Position numbers and translations under genes: made by a program. A stretch of DNA of 64,000 nt from positions 9,052,001 to 9,116,000 of the forward strand of contig CM106585.1 in NCBI GenBank assembly GCA_048013815.1. Direction: 5' to 3'. Positions 14,114 through 28,149 of this stretch are shown here, piece after piece. Under the pieces are notes generated by a model. The model was given only the letters and a program-made list of their open reading frames with translations. It did no database searches and was not told the DNA's origin. The stretch is from Setoptus koraiensis (Eukaryota > Animalia > Arthropoda). Position 1 is the stretch's first letter; the number at the start of each line of letters is the position of its first letter.

Positions 14114-17100
14114 CGCCAGACGCCACACCGCGCCACACCGCGCCACCCTCCACTAACCAACCAACCACCTGTTTGCCGGTTGTAATGTTGGCCGCGTTGT
14201 TGCGTCATTATCAGCTGAGCAGCATCAACAGCTGATGCAAACAAGACAGATAAAATAGACGTGCCCAATTGAGCTGGTCGCTAGCGCTGGCGAATGGCGC
14301 TCAATCGGTCGCTTTATTAGCCGTTTTAGCTGACCAAAGTGAGTGCCAAATGACGCGCCGGCGCACACAATCTCGCCAATTAATCATCGGCATCACACAC
14401 ACACACACACACACACACACATTACATAATACACATTGCGCCGTCAGCTCTTTAACCATGCTCACAATGCTCTGACACTCACCTGTGCGCGAGCCGCCCG
14501 TGCCCAATGCGCAAACAACAGCACAGGTAAGCGCACTCACCTGTGCACAGGTGAGTGTCAGATTGAGACTCTCAACAGATTGAGAGGGCTCGTTCAACAA
14601 TCTAAAGCGCGCGCTGCGCCACGCAAGATCACTCGCCACAGGTGAGTCACCGGCCGCCGCGAGCGCCCCCTAGTGTAGTGTTGTCATTAGCTGGTAATGG
14701 CAACAATTTGCAAGTTGTTTAGTGGTCAGCAACACACACACACCTAGTTAATAATGGCACGATAATGGCAGAGAATCGCCAGTGAAATAACAAGTGTGTG
14801 CAACAACAACAACAACAAGTGACAGGTCGCCTGTCGGCAAACCAACGAATCGCCACCAATCAACGCCAGCAGTTTCATTGCCAATCAGCTGATCAGGTTG
14901 ACGGGCCTGTCAACCTGATCAGCTGATTGCACTTGTTGTTGCTGTTGTTGTTGTCGCTTCTGTTGTTGTTGCTGCATCATCATGATGCCCAAGTGTGGCC
15001 TATAATCGATTGAGCACGCCAACAAATCAGCTGCTTTATTTATTTGACTCCTCACAATATTGCTTACAATGTCATTGCCAATCACAGTGGCCAACATGAG
15101 AGCCAATTGTTACGTAACAAATGCCCCGGTGGCTAATAGTGCAAACAAGCCAGCTTAATACTAGATTACATAATGACCCTTTTGCCAGCTCGAGGCCTCG
15201 TCAGTGATGAGTCATCACGCCCAACATGATGCAACAAGTGGCCGCACTGATGAGCAACGTTGAATAATTGGCGCATGCGACCAACAAAAAGGGATTTGAT
15301 TTAATTTTTTGCCGGCCTCCACATCGCCGGCTACACGCGACCGGCGACCAGTTGACCGGCGATGTTGACAACGCGAGCTCATCATCGTGCGCGATGATGG
15401 ACACAAGCGAGAAATCAGGCGTGACCGACGAGGCCGAACAAGGTCACGGGTAGCGCGGGTATCGTGTGGTCGAGATTGGAGATCGGGCACACAAAGTCTC
15501 GTCCACAAAATGATTTCGCCTGACTTGTGGCACGCTCTCCAGCTCCGATCAAAGCTCTAAACGCTGCTCTAAACGCAGCTCCAAATGCAGCCCTAAATGC
15601 AGCCCTAAATATAGCTCTAGATAGGGCTGACAGGTGAGCCGAGTTGAGCTGGCCTCGAAATTGATACATTGTGCCATTAATCACAAGCTGTCATAATTTG
15701 GCCGCTCGTTGTTGGGCTCGCTTGGTTGGGCATGCAACCGGCCGGCCAATCACTGTCCGCCGGCACTAAACCGGCTCGCCCGTCCGCCCGTTGGCCGTGC
15801 ATCGGTTGGCCGTGCAACACCTTGTGCTTATTATTACATAAGTTTGTTTTTGATGCGCTCGACGCACTGGGCCAGTCAGATCAATTTGATCGGATCATCA
15901 TGACGTAAGCTGTCGCAACTAACAGCCCCTATGCCGCTGGCTGGCCGCGAGCGCGATGCATGCAACGAACGACGCTCGGGTAATTGCTCGTTAGCTCACT
16001 GGGACACCTCATGATGCAAAACAATGGCCGGGTATCGTTTTCAATTATGTCTGGACAGCGACGACGGCAACATCAGCGGTCAGCAAGTTAATCATTGGCA
16101 GTCAATCAAATCATGCGATGAGACTCGCGATGATTTGAGACAGCCAGCCAACAGATCAGACGGTGCGGCCACAATTTGTGTAATGACCATCAGCTGTGCC
16201 TCAAACTGAGACTCAGTCACACCGACTGACACCGGACGGCCGGCTCAAGTGGTCAGCTGACCACTGTCAGACCGAGCCAGTCAGCTGACCGCTGTCAGAC
16301 CGGGCCAGTCAGCTGACCGCTGACAGACAAAACTCAAGTGGCCGCTGGAGTGGTCAGCTGGGCAGCGCTGGCAGGCAACGAGGGCCGGCCAGCCAGCAGC
16401 GAGCGAGGTGTTGATTAATGGTGGTGGGTCTCAATGAGCGCTCAATCACGACTTATTAGCGCCTATTCATTGGGAGCAAACAACCAGCAAATGAGCACTA
16501 TAACAGCGCACAACCATTGCGTGAGGTTGGCTTCGAATGGCCAATTTGAGCCGCTCGCAGCTAATTCAAACACGACGACGACGACGGCGCAGATACGAGA
16601 CGACGATAAACGGCTGCCAAACGGGCCTGCGAACTCGGCCAATCTCAAGCGCGGCCGCTCGGGCAGCAGCTCGGGCGCCGCCGAATTGCGCTCGTTGGGC
16701 TCATTCGGGCGCGTCACGCACCCAGCGACACCTGTTAGCACTTGGCGGCTCGTTATGTGTAGCAGCGACCTGTTGTTTGCTCGTTCGGCTTGGCCGCTGA
16801 TGTTGTTGCAACAACAACAACAACAAATTGAATAGCGAATCAAATTGATCGTTAGCACGCAAGTAATTTAAACTGAGCAAATATTTTATTTATATGCTGC
16901 TTTGTGTGGCGACTGACAACACCAGCGAAAAGCGAGCGTCACGAGCTCTCGCAGCCGGCCGCAAACTTAAACAATGCGCACCGGCCAGAGGCGGAAGTGG
17001 GCGCGCGCGCCGTCGCACGCTCCGCAACGGGCCGCCAATGCACGGCAACATGCCGAGACATATTGTCCGCTTCTCGGGCCACTTTCGGGCCGCTTTTCGG

Positions 17101-20100
17101 CCGAGAAGCGGCTCCGGTCAGCCTCGCCGGCCCGGACGGAGGCTCACGCGCGGGCTCGGGACTCTGCTTTGCAGAGTCTGCAGCCCAGAGTCAGGAGTCC
17201 GAAATGCGAGTCCGCAAGTTGCCGGCTGAAGGGCGGTCCGAAACGCGCTACAAAAAGCGCGACGAGCCTACAGTCCGGCCCGTTTGACCGTTTTGCCCGT
17301 CGCCGGGCTGCCGGCCCGCAACCGAGGGCTGTTTTCGCGCTTTTCACGCTCGGTGCGGCGTGCGCGGTTTGCTCATCGGTCTCAACGGCATCATCGGTCT
17401 CATCGGTCTCAGCGGTCGGCGCGTCCGCGGCGGTGGCAAGTCGAGCGATTGCGTCGCTGCAAAAGAAAACTTTTTCTGCCCTTCATCGCAATTAATCATG
17501 CTTTCTGAGTCAGAAATTCTGACGCAAGCACGCCGGGCGTTGCGCGCGAGTTGCGGATTGGATCGGCCGCAATCAGAGCTCGATCGGCGATTGATGAGCG
17601 CCGTTTAACTTGCCACCGACACGTTATCGTTATTTCGCTCGGGCTTGCGTTATCGGCCCGAGCGTTATCAGCGGGCGCATCTGTGGCGCGGCGTAAATTA
17701 GCCCATTTGCCGGTGGGCCGAGCCGAGCAATGTTACAAATATTTTCGCATGCAGTTTGTGTATGCTATCTATGAAACTTTCTTATGAAACTTTCATTTGA
17801 AAGTGCCTAAAACTGCGCATATTATAGTATGGGAGCTAGCCAATTAGCGGCGCTGATTGCCGGCCGATAAATTGCGGCCGGGCGAACAGTCGCGCTGCCA
17901 GATGCCGATAATTGTTGTTTCTGGCCGGTCGGCGCGTTCGCAGCGGCCGTTCGAAGCGTTCGGAGCGTTCGGAGCGGCCGCTCGGGCAGCCGCGAAATGT
18001 AAACATGCGCGAATGGGGAGCCCGCGTCGCGGACTCGTGGTGCGCGACTCCGGGCCAGAGTCAAGCTGCGCAAGAGCGCGTTCGTGCTCGCTTGTGGGCT
18101 CGTCGTGGCGCGTCGTCGCCGCTGATCGCCATCATCATTCACTTATGATAATTATTTTCGGCTGCCGCATCTCGGCCGTGTTTCGGCGCATTTTCGCCGT
18201 GTTTTCGGCTCGTTTTCGCTGCAGTTTGGCCGTATTTTGGCCGTGTTTTGGCCGTTTTTCGGGCGCATCATCGCCCTACTCCGATGAGTTTTCGCGCCGC
18301 TGCCATCGGCCAACGGCCAGCTAAAACAAGCAAAACAGCAGACTAATCGTTTGCTGGACACACAAACGAGTGCACAGGTATGCACTGGCAAACGGACAGG
18401 AATTTGTGGCTTGTTTGCTCTGGCAACAGCTCTGGCCGGTGCTAATCAGCGTGCGTTGCCATGGATACAAAAGCCGGCTTGCGGGCCAGCCATCGCAAGC
18501 GGCGCAAGCGGCGCTAATCGTCACGTCGGCGTGAGTAATGACCGATAATCGATTGTTGTTTATATTGTTGTTGTTGGTGTGGTTAGCGTGTATCAGCAGC
18601 AGTTTGTATATTATGGCAACAATAAGCTCATTAAGTTTTCACACACAAACAAACCAGATCAATTGCGGGCTCACTGGGCAGCTGTCAGTGCCCATCTCTC
18701 CACTATCTCTTGAGTATCTCTTGACAGCTCGGCCGGCATCTCGGGCACGATGTATCAACACTAACAAGCGGGCATTAGCGCCCTATTACAACATGCATTA
18801 TAACATGCATTATAACATGTATTAAAACATTTATTATTACAACATTTATTATTAAAACAGCTAAAAATAACCGATGCCAACAACATTATTTATTTTCTCA
18901 TTCTCGGCCACTTCGCTTTAATTGCCAATAAACAATCCGCGAGCCGCGGCCAACATTTCGGCCAAATCTCGGCAACGTTTGGGCAACATTCAGGCAACGT
19001 TTGGGCAACATTTGGGCACTCTCTTGCCACTGGCCAGATATCAATTAGTGCCAATTATTGCCACCACGCCAACGCCGGCCACGATGCATGCTTGTGTTTA
19101 CATGAATATTGTGTCAGCGCCTAGATGTTGTGCATTACATATTGTGCATTAGATGTTGTGTGTCGGACAGTGTATTACGTATGCGATGTATCATGTATCG
19201 GATATTATGCAAATGATCTATCGACGCCGGCTCACAGCACCCTGCAAATCCCCGTCCTCTGCATTTTTTGCATTAAGCCTCGAAATCATGCCTCTCGCGC
19301 TCGTTTCCTTAACTAACACCCAATTTTCCTAATTTGCACTCCATTTCTTTTGCCAATTTAAGCAGCGGCAAATCAACGCGATTGGCCGCTGCTTCATGCA
19401 CGCTGACGGTCCAAAACTTTTGGACCAAAAGTGTCCAAAGTGAAAGTGTCCGCAAAAGTCGCCAGGTCACTTCAAGTGTCACTCACTTCAAGTGACTCAC
19501 TTGGTCTAGTTCGGTTCGGGCTCGATTGGGGCGCTTTCCATTGGTTTGCATGAATTTGCATGTAGTAAACAATTTTGTCATGCATTGAGATTGTATTTTC
19601 TCTCGCGATACCCGATTTGCGATTGAATGGACTCCGGATTGGAGCTGCATTTTGTTTGCTGACAAAAGTTTGTTGGCGAGTGGCTCACAATGTCAGACGG
19701 ATGACGAGTCACAAGTTATCTTACACTGTATAGAGGCAACGTGTTATAGAACAGTTTGGATAGACAAGTAAAAGTAAAACGAAATTAAATGAAATGAAAT
19801 GAAATGTTTCCTATAGCCAATACAAACATTTAACATAAATATTTACTCATGATGAATCATGCTGTTAGATGGGCATTGTGTTTTGTTATTGTTGTTGTAA
19901 TTATTGTTTTGGCCCACGAGTGACGTGAATAAACGCGTGAAATTTAAATTATTGATTTTAATGATACAAGCTTGTATGAGTCGTGACTGTTCTCAAAAAT
20001 TTGTTGCAAAAAGTTCTAGTTGCAACAGGGAACAATCTAAATGAGATCAGTTGCTCGTAAGATGGATGGTTTTTTATGGCGATAGTTGGGCACGTTAAAT

Positions 20101-23100
20101 GGTGCTAATATTAGATGAGTTAGTAAGAGTGTTAACTAGCGACCAGCCAGCTCAAACAAACCAACAACGGACAACAACAACAACAACAGCAGCTCGTAAT
20201 AAACAAACAAACAAACTTTGCCAGACAGCGCACAAACAAACAATCAACAGGTTGTTACAAGACGCTCACAGCACGATGATGAATTGTATCGCCTGTTGCG
20301 CCATCGCGTTCGTGATTATCCTCAATTCGTTCCATCAATTGGTTGTTGCTGCTGTCGTTGCTGCTGTTGCTGTCGTTGTTGTTGCTGTTGTTGTTCATGT
20401 TGTTCATGTTGTTGCTGGCTCGCTGACGCTGCTAATCAGCGCTGATTTGATTCAATTCCGTCGCTTCGGTGCGTCGCTGGTCGGTCGCTTCGGTTGGCGC
20501 GTTTCTCATTAATTCGGCCGCCGCATCTTGTGGCACATCTCGCGCCGGCATCTCGCGCCGGCTTGGCGGCCCAGCGACCGGCGACCAGCGACCGGCGACC
20601 AGCGACCAGCGACCAGCGACCAGCGAACGGCCACTTAATAGTGGCGAGTAATAAGCAATTTGCAGCAAATAACAGCACTGATTTAATGAGCAATCAGAGC
20701 GAGCGAGCGACTGTGCATTCAGACTGTGAATTCTCTGTGAGAGAGCAGAGATTCGCGGCATTTCGACACGATTGCACGCTGTTACGCAGCGCTCAGCTGA
20801 GCCCCACTCTGGGCAGCCTACCTGTTGAGTTGTGCAATTATTCGTTTGTCATGGCGCGTCTTTGTTGCAAACCGCTATGCGCTGCCTCTGCTGCCACTCG
20901 CAAATCTAATCATCAATCACCTGACGGGCCTACGCGTTTTTGCGTGGCCTCGGTCGGGCGCTTTCGCGGTATATCGCAATTATATCGCGCTCATTCGGAC
21001 TGATGAGCGTCGTCAAGTGATGAGCAGATAACAATCATGACAACGGATGAATTGTTTGCAATTGGCCCTTGTTTGCATTGTGTGTTGCTTGGAAAAGTTA
21101 ATTTGCATACCGTTGCAATGGGCACAATTCGCAGCACAGCTCGCTTGTCGGATTATCGCTTCATCACACATCGCGCCATCGTCGGATTATATAATAATTG
21201 GCGCACACATTTAAATTAAATTGTTCATATTTAAATGAGCCGAGCTCACAATTGAATTAAGGGTCGCCGCATGATTATTTCGTCGTATTTATTGAAATGG
21301 CCAAATAATCACGCCCGGCGCAAATCTGGACCAGTCATGAGCGTCGAGCGCCTGACTGAGCAACTGACAATTGTCAGACGAGACAATTGAGTGATGCGAT
21401 TATCGGGCTGACACAAACAACGACCAGCACCAAATATAAATAGTTGCGTAATGAGCGTCTCGTCGCATTGTTGTTGCTGTTGTTGTTGTTGCTGTTGCCG
21501 CTGCGGCGGTTGTTGCTGTTGCCTGTGCGGCGGTTGTTGGCGCGGTGGTTGCCGAGTCAACAGCTGACGACATGTCATGCCCGGCATGTCAAATAAACGA
21601 CCATTACACCGCCGTTGGCCTCGCATCCAATTGCGAGCCCGTTTAATAATAACAACAAGCGCACTGTCACTTGTCGGCCGGGCCGGCACCGACGGGCCGG
21701 CGCAATCTCTTGCAACTCTTCGGTCATGAGCGCCGATCGCATCACAACATAATCCAATCATGATACTGGCACGCAAACAGCTGAGTGTGTTTGTTTGGCC
21801 GGCGCGCAGCTTGAAGCCAAATAAATCGACTAAATCGATGCTTGTTAAAACTTAATTAATCTGTCATGTCCAGCCAGACCTGGTTGGCCTAGTTGGCCGG
21901 CTCGCCGGCTCGCTGGCTAGCGAAATGACTGGCGAAATGGCTGGCGAAACGACTGGCGAAATGACTGGCAAAATGACTGGCCAGACACAGAGTAACGAAA
22001 TTGCGCCGCTGACAACGCCGAGCGCATTTTTAGTTTGCTTAGTCATCGCAATTGGGATTCGCGTCTCGAAAATTGCGATTGATTGGGCGAAATTTTGCGC
22101 CCAAAATGAGCCGAAATTCGCCTTGATTCGCCTTGATTGCTGCTGATTGGATTAATCGAGTGGAGCGCGCGCATTCATTTAAATTAAATCAACTCGGGCG
22201 CCCCTATCAATTATGAGCTCGCCTGTGTGTCGTGTTGCCTCTGGCAGTGGCCGGCCGACCGCCGGAATGATCAGTTGATCAGTTGATGGATGTTTGATTA
22301 TGTAATCAATTCAGATAGATACGCCAATGTGTGCAGACAGGCGCTGTAGCACAGTCTCATTGTTTGTTATTATTTGCAACCTATCTCATTTGTATCTATA
22401 TGCGATAGGCAACAGGATACATTATGCAACACATGTTATGTAACATATTTGTTATGTAACGTGACAAGTGATGCGGCCCGCAACAATTGCAACAAACAAC
22501 ATGTTGACACGCTGCCAGTTGGCCCGATCAGCCGATCAGCCGATCGGCTGTCAATGTGTGGAAATGCCGGCCACGATATGCTAATACAACTGTAAATGTG
22601 TATTTCGACGCTATAAATACCAGCGATGCCGGCAACATATCCGCACTGTCACGCTCTCCACACTTGCAGCGAAACACTGGCGTGGATAATGCATTATCCG
22701 ACAGTCACTGTTCGATCGTCACTGCGAGCTCGTTTGAATTTGGAGCCGACACAAGGCGAGCGGCCGCGAAGTCGAAAAGTTGAAAAGTCAAATCGTTGAG
22801 AAGCCGCGAAGCCGAAAAGTCAAAATGCTGAGAAGCCGAGAAGCATGACAAACTCGGCAAGCGCACGCTGGCAGCAGATCGGCTGGCAGCAGATCGGCTG
22901 GCAGCAAATCGGCTGGCAGCAAAACTCTTTGGCACTGGCCAGATCTCGGCAGAAATGATTAGTTTGAAATGATTAGCCAGAAATGATTAGTTAGTCTCTC
23001 TGGCTCTATGGTTACATTTTACCATTTATTAGCATTGTGAGCTGGCGCAAAAAACTTTTAATTTTCAACAAGCACTCAAGCTGCTCTGCACACTGCAAAT

Positions 23101-24985
23101 ACGAATAATATCTAATTAAAGTTATTAGCTGTTATAGTTGAGCGCAATGAAATCAATTTGCTGTTTGCTGTTGTTCGCAAATTAAATGGACTATGGCAAA
23201 GGGCAAAAAGTAATTATTATCTGGCTGTCTTATCGCCATGGCATGTTGAGTTGTGCCGAGCTTAGTAGAGCTGAGAGTTGTGTAAAAGCTGTGTTCAATT
23301 TGCGTCGTTGTTGTCGTTTGTTTATCAAATCATTAAATCAATTCCATCAAATTCATACAATTCCGTGATTGGCCGCACTTGTAGTGTTACTTGTCGCGGT
23401 GGTTGCGGTTGTTGTTGTTGCTGTTGTTGTTGTTGCTGTTGTTGCTGTTGTTGTTGTTCAAATACCCGAACTGGCGCAATGCTCGAGTGCTCAAACACAA
23501 TCTCAAATACACTCAAACTGCACACAGCGCTGACTGTGGTGCATAAAATTGGCTTGATTTGATTTTAATTCTCAATTAATTATTCGATTCAATTCAATTC
23601 AATTAGGCTCAGACTGAGCAGCTCAATTTGCTGTTCGCAACTTGCAATCAACTCACAAAGTCACTTGTCAGAGTCAGAGTCAGAGTTGCGTATGCAGTGA
23701 CGAGTCGAGATTATATAAGAGATGAGCCAGAGAAGGGGTAGTAATTTATTGTGTGTGTCATAGTGATTAGTATCATGTTACTAGCTGCTAATGATCAGCT
23801 TCATCCAACAGTCAGCGCACTAATTGATTAAGACACCTCCACAATCCAACTTGATTGAGTCACAGCAGCGAGCCAGTTTTGCCCAGTCCAATGCTAGTTG
23901 CGTAATGCCGCCGCTGCCGCTGTTGCCGTCGCATAGACAATGCTGATGGCGATGATGAATTGATAATTTTTCCCTCTTGGTTCTTGGTTCGTTTCAGCCC
24001 CATCATGGTCATAATATCGGCCGTCACCATCGTCATCATGGTCATCATGGCCAGCATCATCATCAGCGCCAGCATCATGATCGTCATTATCATCGCCATC
24101 GTAGTGGCGTGTGCCCATTCTTACGCAACAAGTGACTTGTGTGATTCACAAGTTGTGAAACTCAGGTGAGTCTCACAAGTCACAAAGCTCGATAAAGCCA
24201 GACAAAGACAATGGTTAATTGGGCTGATTCGCGCGATGTAAGCGCATTGGGCATTTAGAGCGAGAGAGAGAGAGAGAGAGAGCCCACAATTGGCCGCACA
24301 ACAACCGGACAACTTGAATTAGTATACCGCTATTAGTGCCTCAATAACTATCAATTATCGTGCAAATAATCTTGTTGTTATGGTAACGGTTCGTTGGCCC
24401 GACCGACGCGATGCAACCATCAACAGCAACAGCAACAACAACAACAACAGCAACAACAACAGCAACGGCAACAACAACAATTAGCCAGATACACAAAGCC
24501 AGATAAAGGGTTATTAAGGGCTGGCACGGCTCAATGGCAGTCACAAGTGAGCCCGACGATACCATCGTTCAAGACCAATTAAGTTGATTATTGAAAAACA
24601 AACAACGCGCATTCTGTCTCGTCAGAGAGCAACGTTCAGACGGTTCACAGACTCTGAATTAGAGACTCCAAATGAGAGACTCTAAATTAGAGACTCCGAA
24701 TTAGAGTGCAAAGAGAGCGGCCACTTAATGAGATAATTGTTTTGTTTGTGAAGCTCCATTTCAATTTTTAGCGCCTAACTGGAAACGACTAACGCCTATC
24801 GCTGGTCGCATTTGGATTAATTTGTTGTTGTTGTTGTTGTTGTTGCTCAGGCCAACACCGGCATCATTGATGATATAGTCTATCATTAAGTTGTTGTTGT
24901 TGCTGTTAATTGTAGCTTATGTCTGATGTAATTGTTTGTTTATGCCGATTGATTGCCCCAAACGCATTGTTGTTGTTGGTGTCGT

Positions 24986-24986
<1 letters not shown>

Positions 24987-25056
<70 letters not shown>

Positions 25057-25070
25057 TTGTTGTTGTTGCT
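24987..25070. repeat. (GTTGCT)n hexamer array grading into (GTT)n
   Basis: Directly visible. Confidence 0.9.
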
Positions 25071-25889
25071 GCTGCCACAGCTAGATGTCGGCTAGATGTC
25101 GGCTAGACTGTAACTAAAAAATGGCTGCATTTGTTGCTGTTGCCACTGTTAATCGCGTTATTATCAGTTATACAAGTCGCACTTGCACTGTTCACACTAA
25201 TGATGTTCGTGTGAATTCAACCCAGCGTGTGTGAGAATGGTTGCATAATAATAACAATAATAATAATAATAATAATTATAATTATCGTTATCATTATCAT
25301 TCGTCGTCGTCGTCGCCGTCGTCTATTTGATAATCACTTGCAATGATAACAACATAACAAAGCGTAGCAAAGCAAATGTTATGTGTTATGCAATGCTATT
25401 CAATATCATCATGTAATAGCATTGCATAAATAACTGGCATAAATAATAAGAGACACACAGACCGAGATAAACATAAAGAGATACTTGCAATTGAAAGCAA
25501 CACACAAATAACGCATTCAAGTGCAATAATGAGAGAGCGAGCTATTCTCAAATATTAATTAACTTTGTAATCACACCATTAATTAAATACATTAGTAGTA
25601 TAGTAACTATCTCACACACAATTAGTCGTCGCGTAGCTTCCTTGCGCGCTCTCTCACAACAGTGGCTCCCTCTCGTCTACAATGGCAACATCTCGATAGG
25701 AAAGGTCTACGCATATATTCATTCGTCCATTGGTTGGTATATTTGTATTTGATCACTGACACTTTTCACACTTTTCACGTTGCCAGCTAATTTGTTACCT
25801 GTCTCTGTCTTTGTCTATCCAATTGGCCAGATCAACGAGCTGGCCCTCTGGTCGGCACCAATTGGACACAAATCAATTACAACTTGACC

Positions 25890-26448
25890 ACCAACATAAT
25901 TAAAGATAGATTACATGTGTATTATAAACATCATACCCAGTGTATTTTGTCTAATGCTGGAATACCGTCTGTATAAGTTCATTAAGTGAGTTGCCGGATC
26001 ATGAACCGGAACACAGACGATTTTTTCAGGGGTTTTTTGTCTTTCTCCTGGTTGCGTGACATAACTTGAGTCAACCAACAACTACAGCAACAATTAGAAC
26101 ATTATTATTAATTATTCATTGTTTTTCTATTATCACAATCAACTATTATTGTACATGCAATACTGACTGTGGATTGAATGTCACAATTGCTTCACCTGTT
26201 GGCAAAAATGATTGATGATGTGCAGATGAGATATTGACCAGTCTACAATGCATGACAGCCCCCTCATAATTGTTTACTTCGTCGTATACAAATGATTCGA
26301 GCAGGTAACCTGCACTCCTGACGACCTAACTAAATATCCAAAAATATAAGCATTCATTAGGATTTGCAAAAATGCACAACTCCTCACAACGCGACAATTT
26401 CCAGTATTGCTCACCATAGCAGATCAATCGGTATTTGTTACAATGCAT
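25890..26448. repeat. Dispersed ~560-bp duplicated element, copy 1 (partner at 43523-44081, same orientation)
   Basis: Colinear alignment from ACCAACATAATTA to ATGCAT with long identical runs (e.g. TTTTGTCTAATGCTGGAATACCGTCTGTATAAGTTCATTAAGTGAGTTG and CCTGTTGGCAAAAATGATTGATGATGTGCAGATGAGATATTGACCAGTCTACAATGCATGACAGCC) plus indels. Confidence 0.95.
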
Positions 26449-28105
26449 CTTTAATTTAATTATAAATCTTTTAATTTTAATTTGAGCCGTCGTCGTAGTC
26501 AGATGACCAAACCATAGCTGAATAAATGAATCAAAATGAAATTAATTAATATTTGACTGAATTAACAGTGAACTCTCACAACTGACAACACTTGTGAGAG
26601 TTTGGTTTGATTTTGTCTCATTGTCCAGTATCAAAAAACCAAAATATTCAGCTGGCCTAGCTGACAAATAAGCGCAATTTTGCGAAAGTTTTGCAGCCGA
26701 TTACTGAATGAAGCTCAAATGAGTTTCGTTCAAAAACTCGCCATTCATGGACAGGCAACAATTGGGCTTCAAATTGACCTCGTGTCGAAGCGTAAAGATG
26801 CTCAGTGACGTGTATCGTGCAACGACAGGTAAAGTCTAACTAAAATATTTGTGAAAGGACAAACGATGACACACACACACACACATTACGTAATCAGTGA
26901 GTATTATCTTGATGTAATCAGCATAATAATGGTGCAATATATCATCGTGACATATGCATATATATCAGCGAGCATGTACATGCAACTTGGGCCCAAGTTG
27001 AGATTGATTTATCGATGATTTTCAACAATGTGCCATCCGAACAGTACGAGTATGTTTGCAGTGATACGTTTGAGTAGCTGACTGCCGAAAAACACTGCAT
27101 AATAATGCATGATGTCGGTTAATAATAAGTGACAATTTGTCAATTGAAATTGTCGCCTAGGCGCTCTCGGCGCATGACACAATGAGAATAAAGAATGCTT
27201 CACATTGTTCACCTGTCGAATCATCGGCGCTAATTGTAATGGTAGCGATGATTGCACTGCAGCACGGTGTCACATTTGTCATGGGCATTTACACAAATGC
27301 ATTCACCTGTCGTTGTTTGTAGTTGTCGGCGTCGCATATTGCAGTTGTCGCTGACGTTGTTTGCAGTTGCTGTCTTGGCAGTTGCTGTCTCGGCAGTTGC
27401 TGTCTCGGCAGTTGCTGTCGCGGCAGTTGTTGGCGTCGCCGCCGTTGTAGTTGTTGCGGCAACGGCAACAGCGGAGCGCCAAAGGTCAACCAATGGTCGT
27501 CACCGCCAACAGCGTATGCGTTTGCGCCAGCGAAAAATGCACTTGCACTTGTAAATCATCGATTGTCGCACAATCGTCGGCTATTTTCGCTGTGTCAGGG
27601 AGATAATTTCTCAGAAAGGATATTTGTGTTTGATGGTCGTATTCGAAACGCACACAAACCAGGCAAACAGTCGTTGTTGTTGTTGCTGTTGCTGCTGCTG
27701 TTGTTGTTGTTGCGTATTGCTGCCAGTTGCAACAGCGGCGTGCCAGTGTGTTGGCCAGGTGAGACAGGTGAGTCGCAACAGGCGAGAGGCAAACAAGTGG
27801 ACAAACAAACAAATGGCAGCAACAACTGGAAGCAATTCGATATCGTTGAGTGCCCATCTAGATGCACTGGCACACAAATGGCCGGCGATTACGCTTAATT
27901 GTCAAAAGTTGTCAACTTTCTTGTTCTTATCTCATTTATATTTCATGCAAAGTGACACAGTATCTCATTTCGCATGTCACATAATCGCATATGTTCGTAC
28001 GCTCGCATATTCATTACGCCGCTGATGATGTTTGTGTGTCACCGTTTGGCTACCTGTTGAATCAAACGTTGTTGTTGTTCAGTTGTTGCTGTTGTTGTTG
28101 TTTGG

Positions 28106-28149
<44 letters not shown>

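Noticed and set aside
26700-27250. Possible small spliced gene in the normal-complexity island (donors at ~26829 and ~27050)
   Set aside because: Trial splices give only short peptides with no recognisable similarity.
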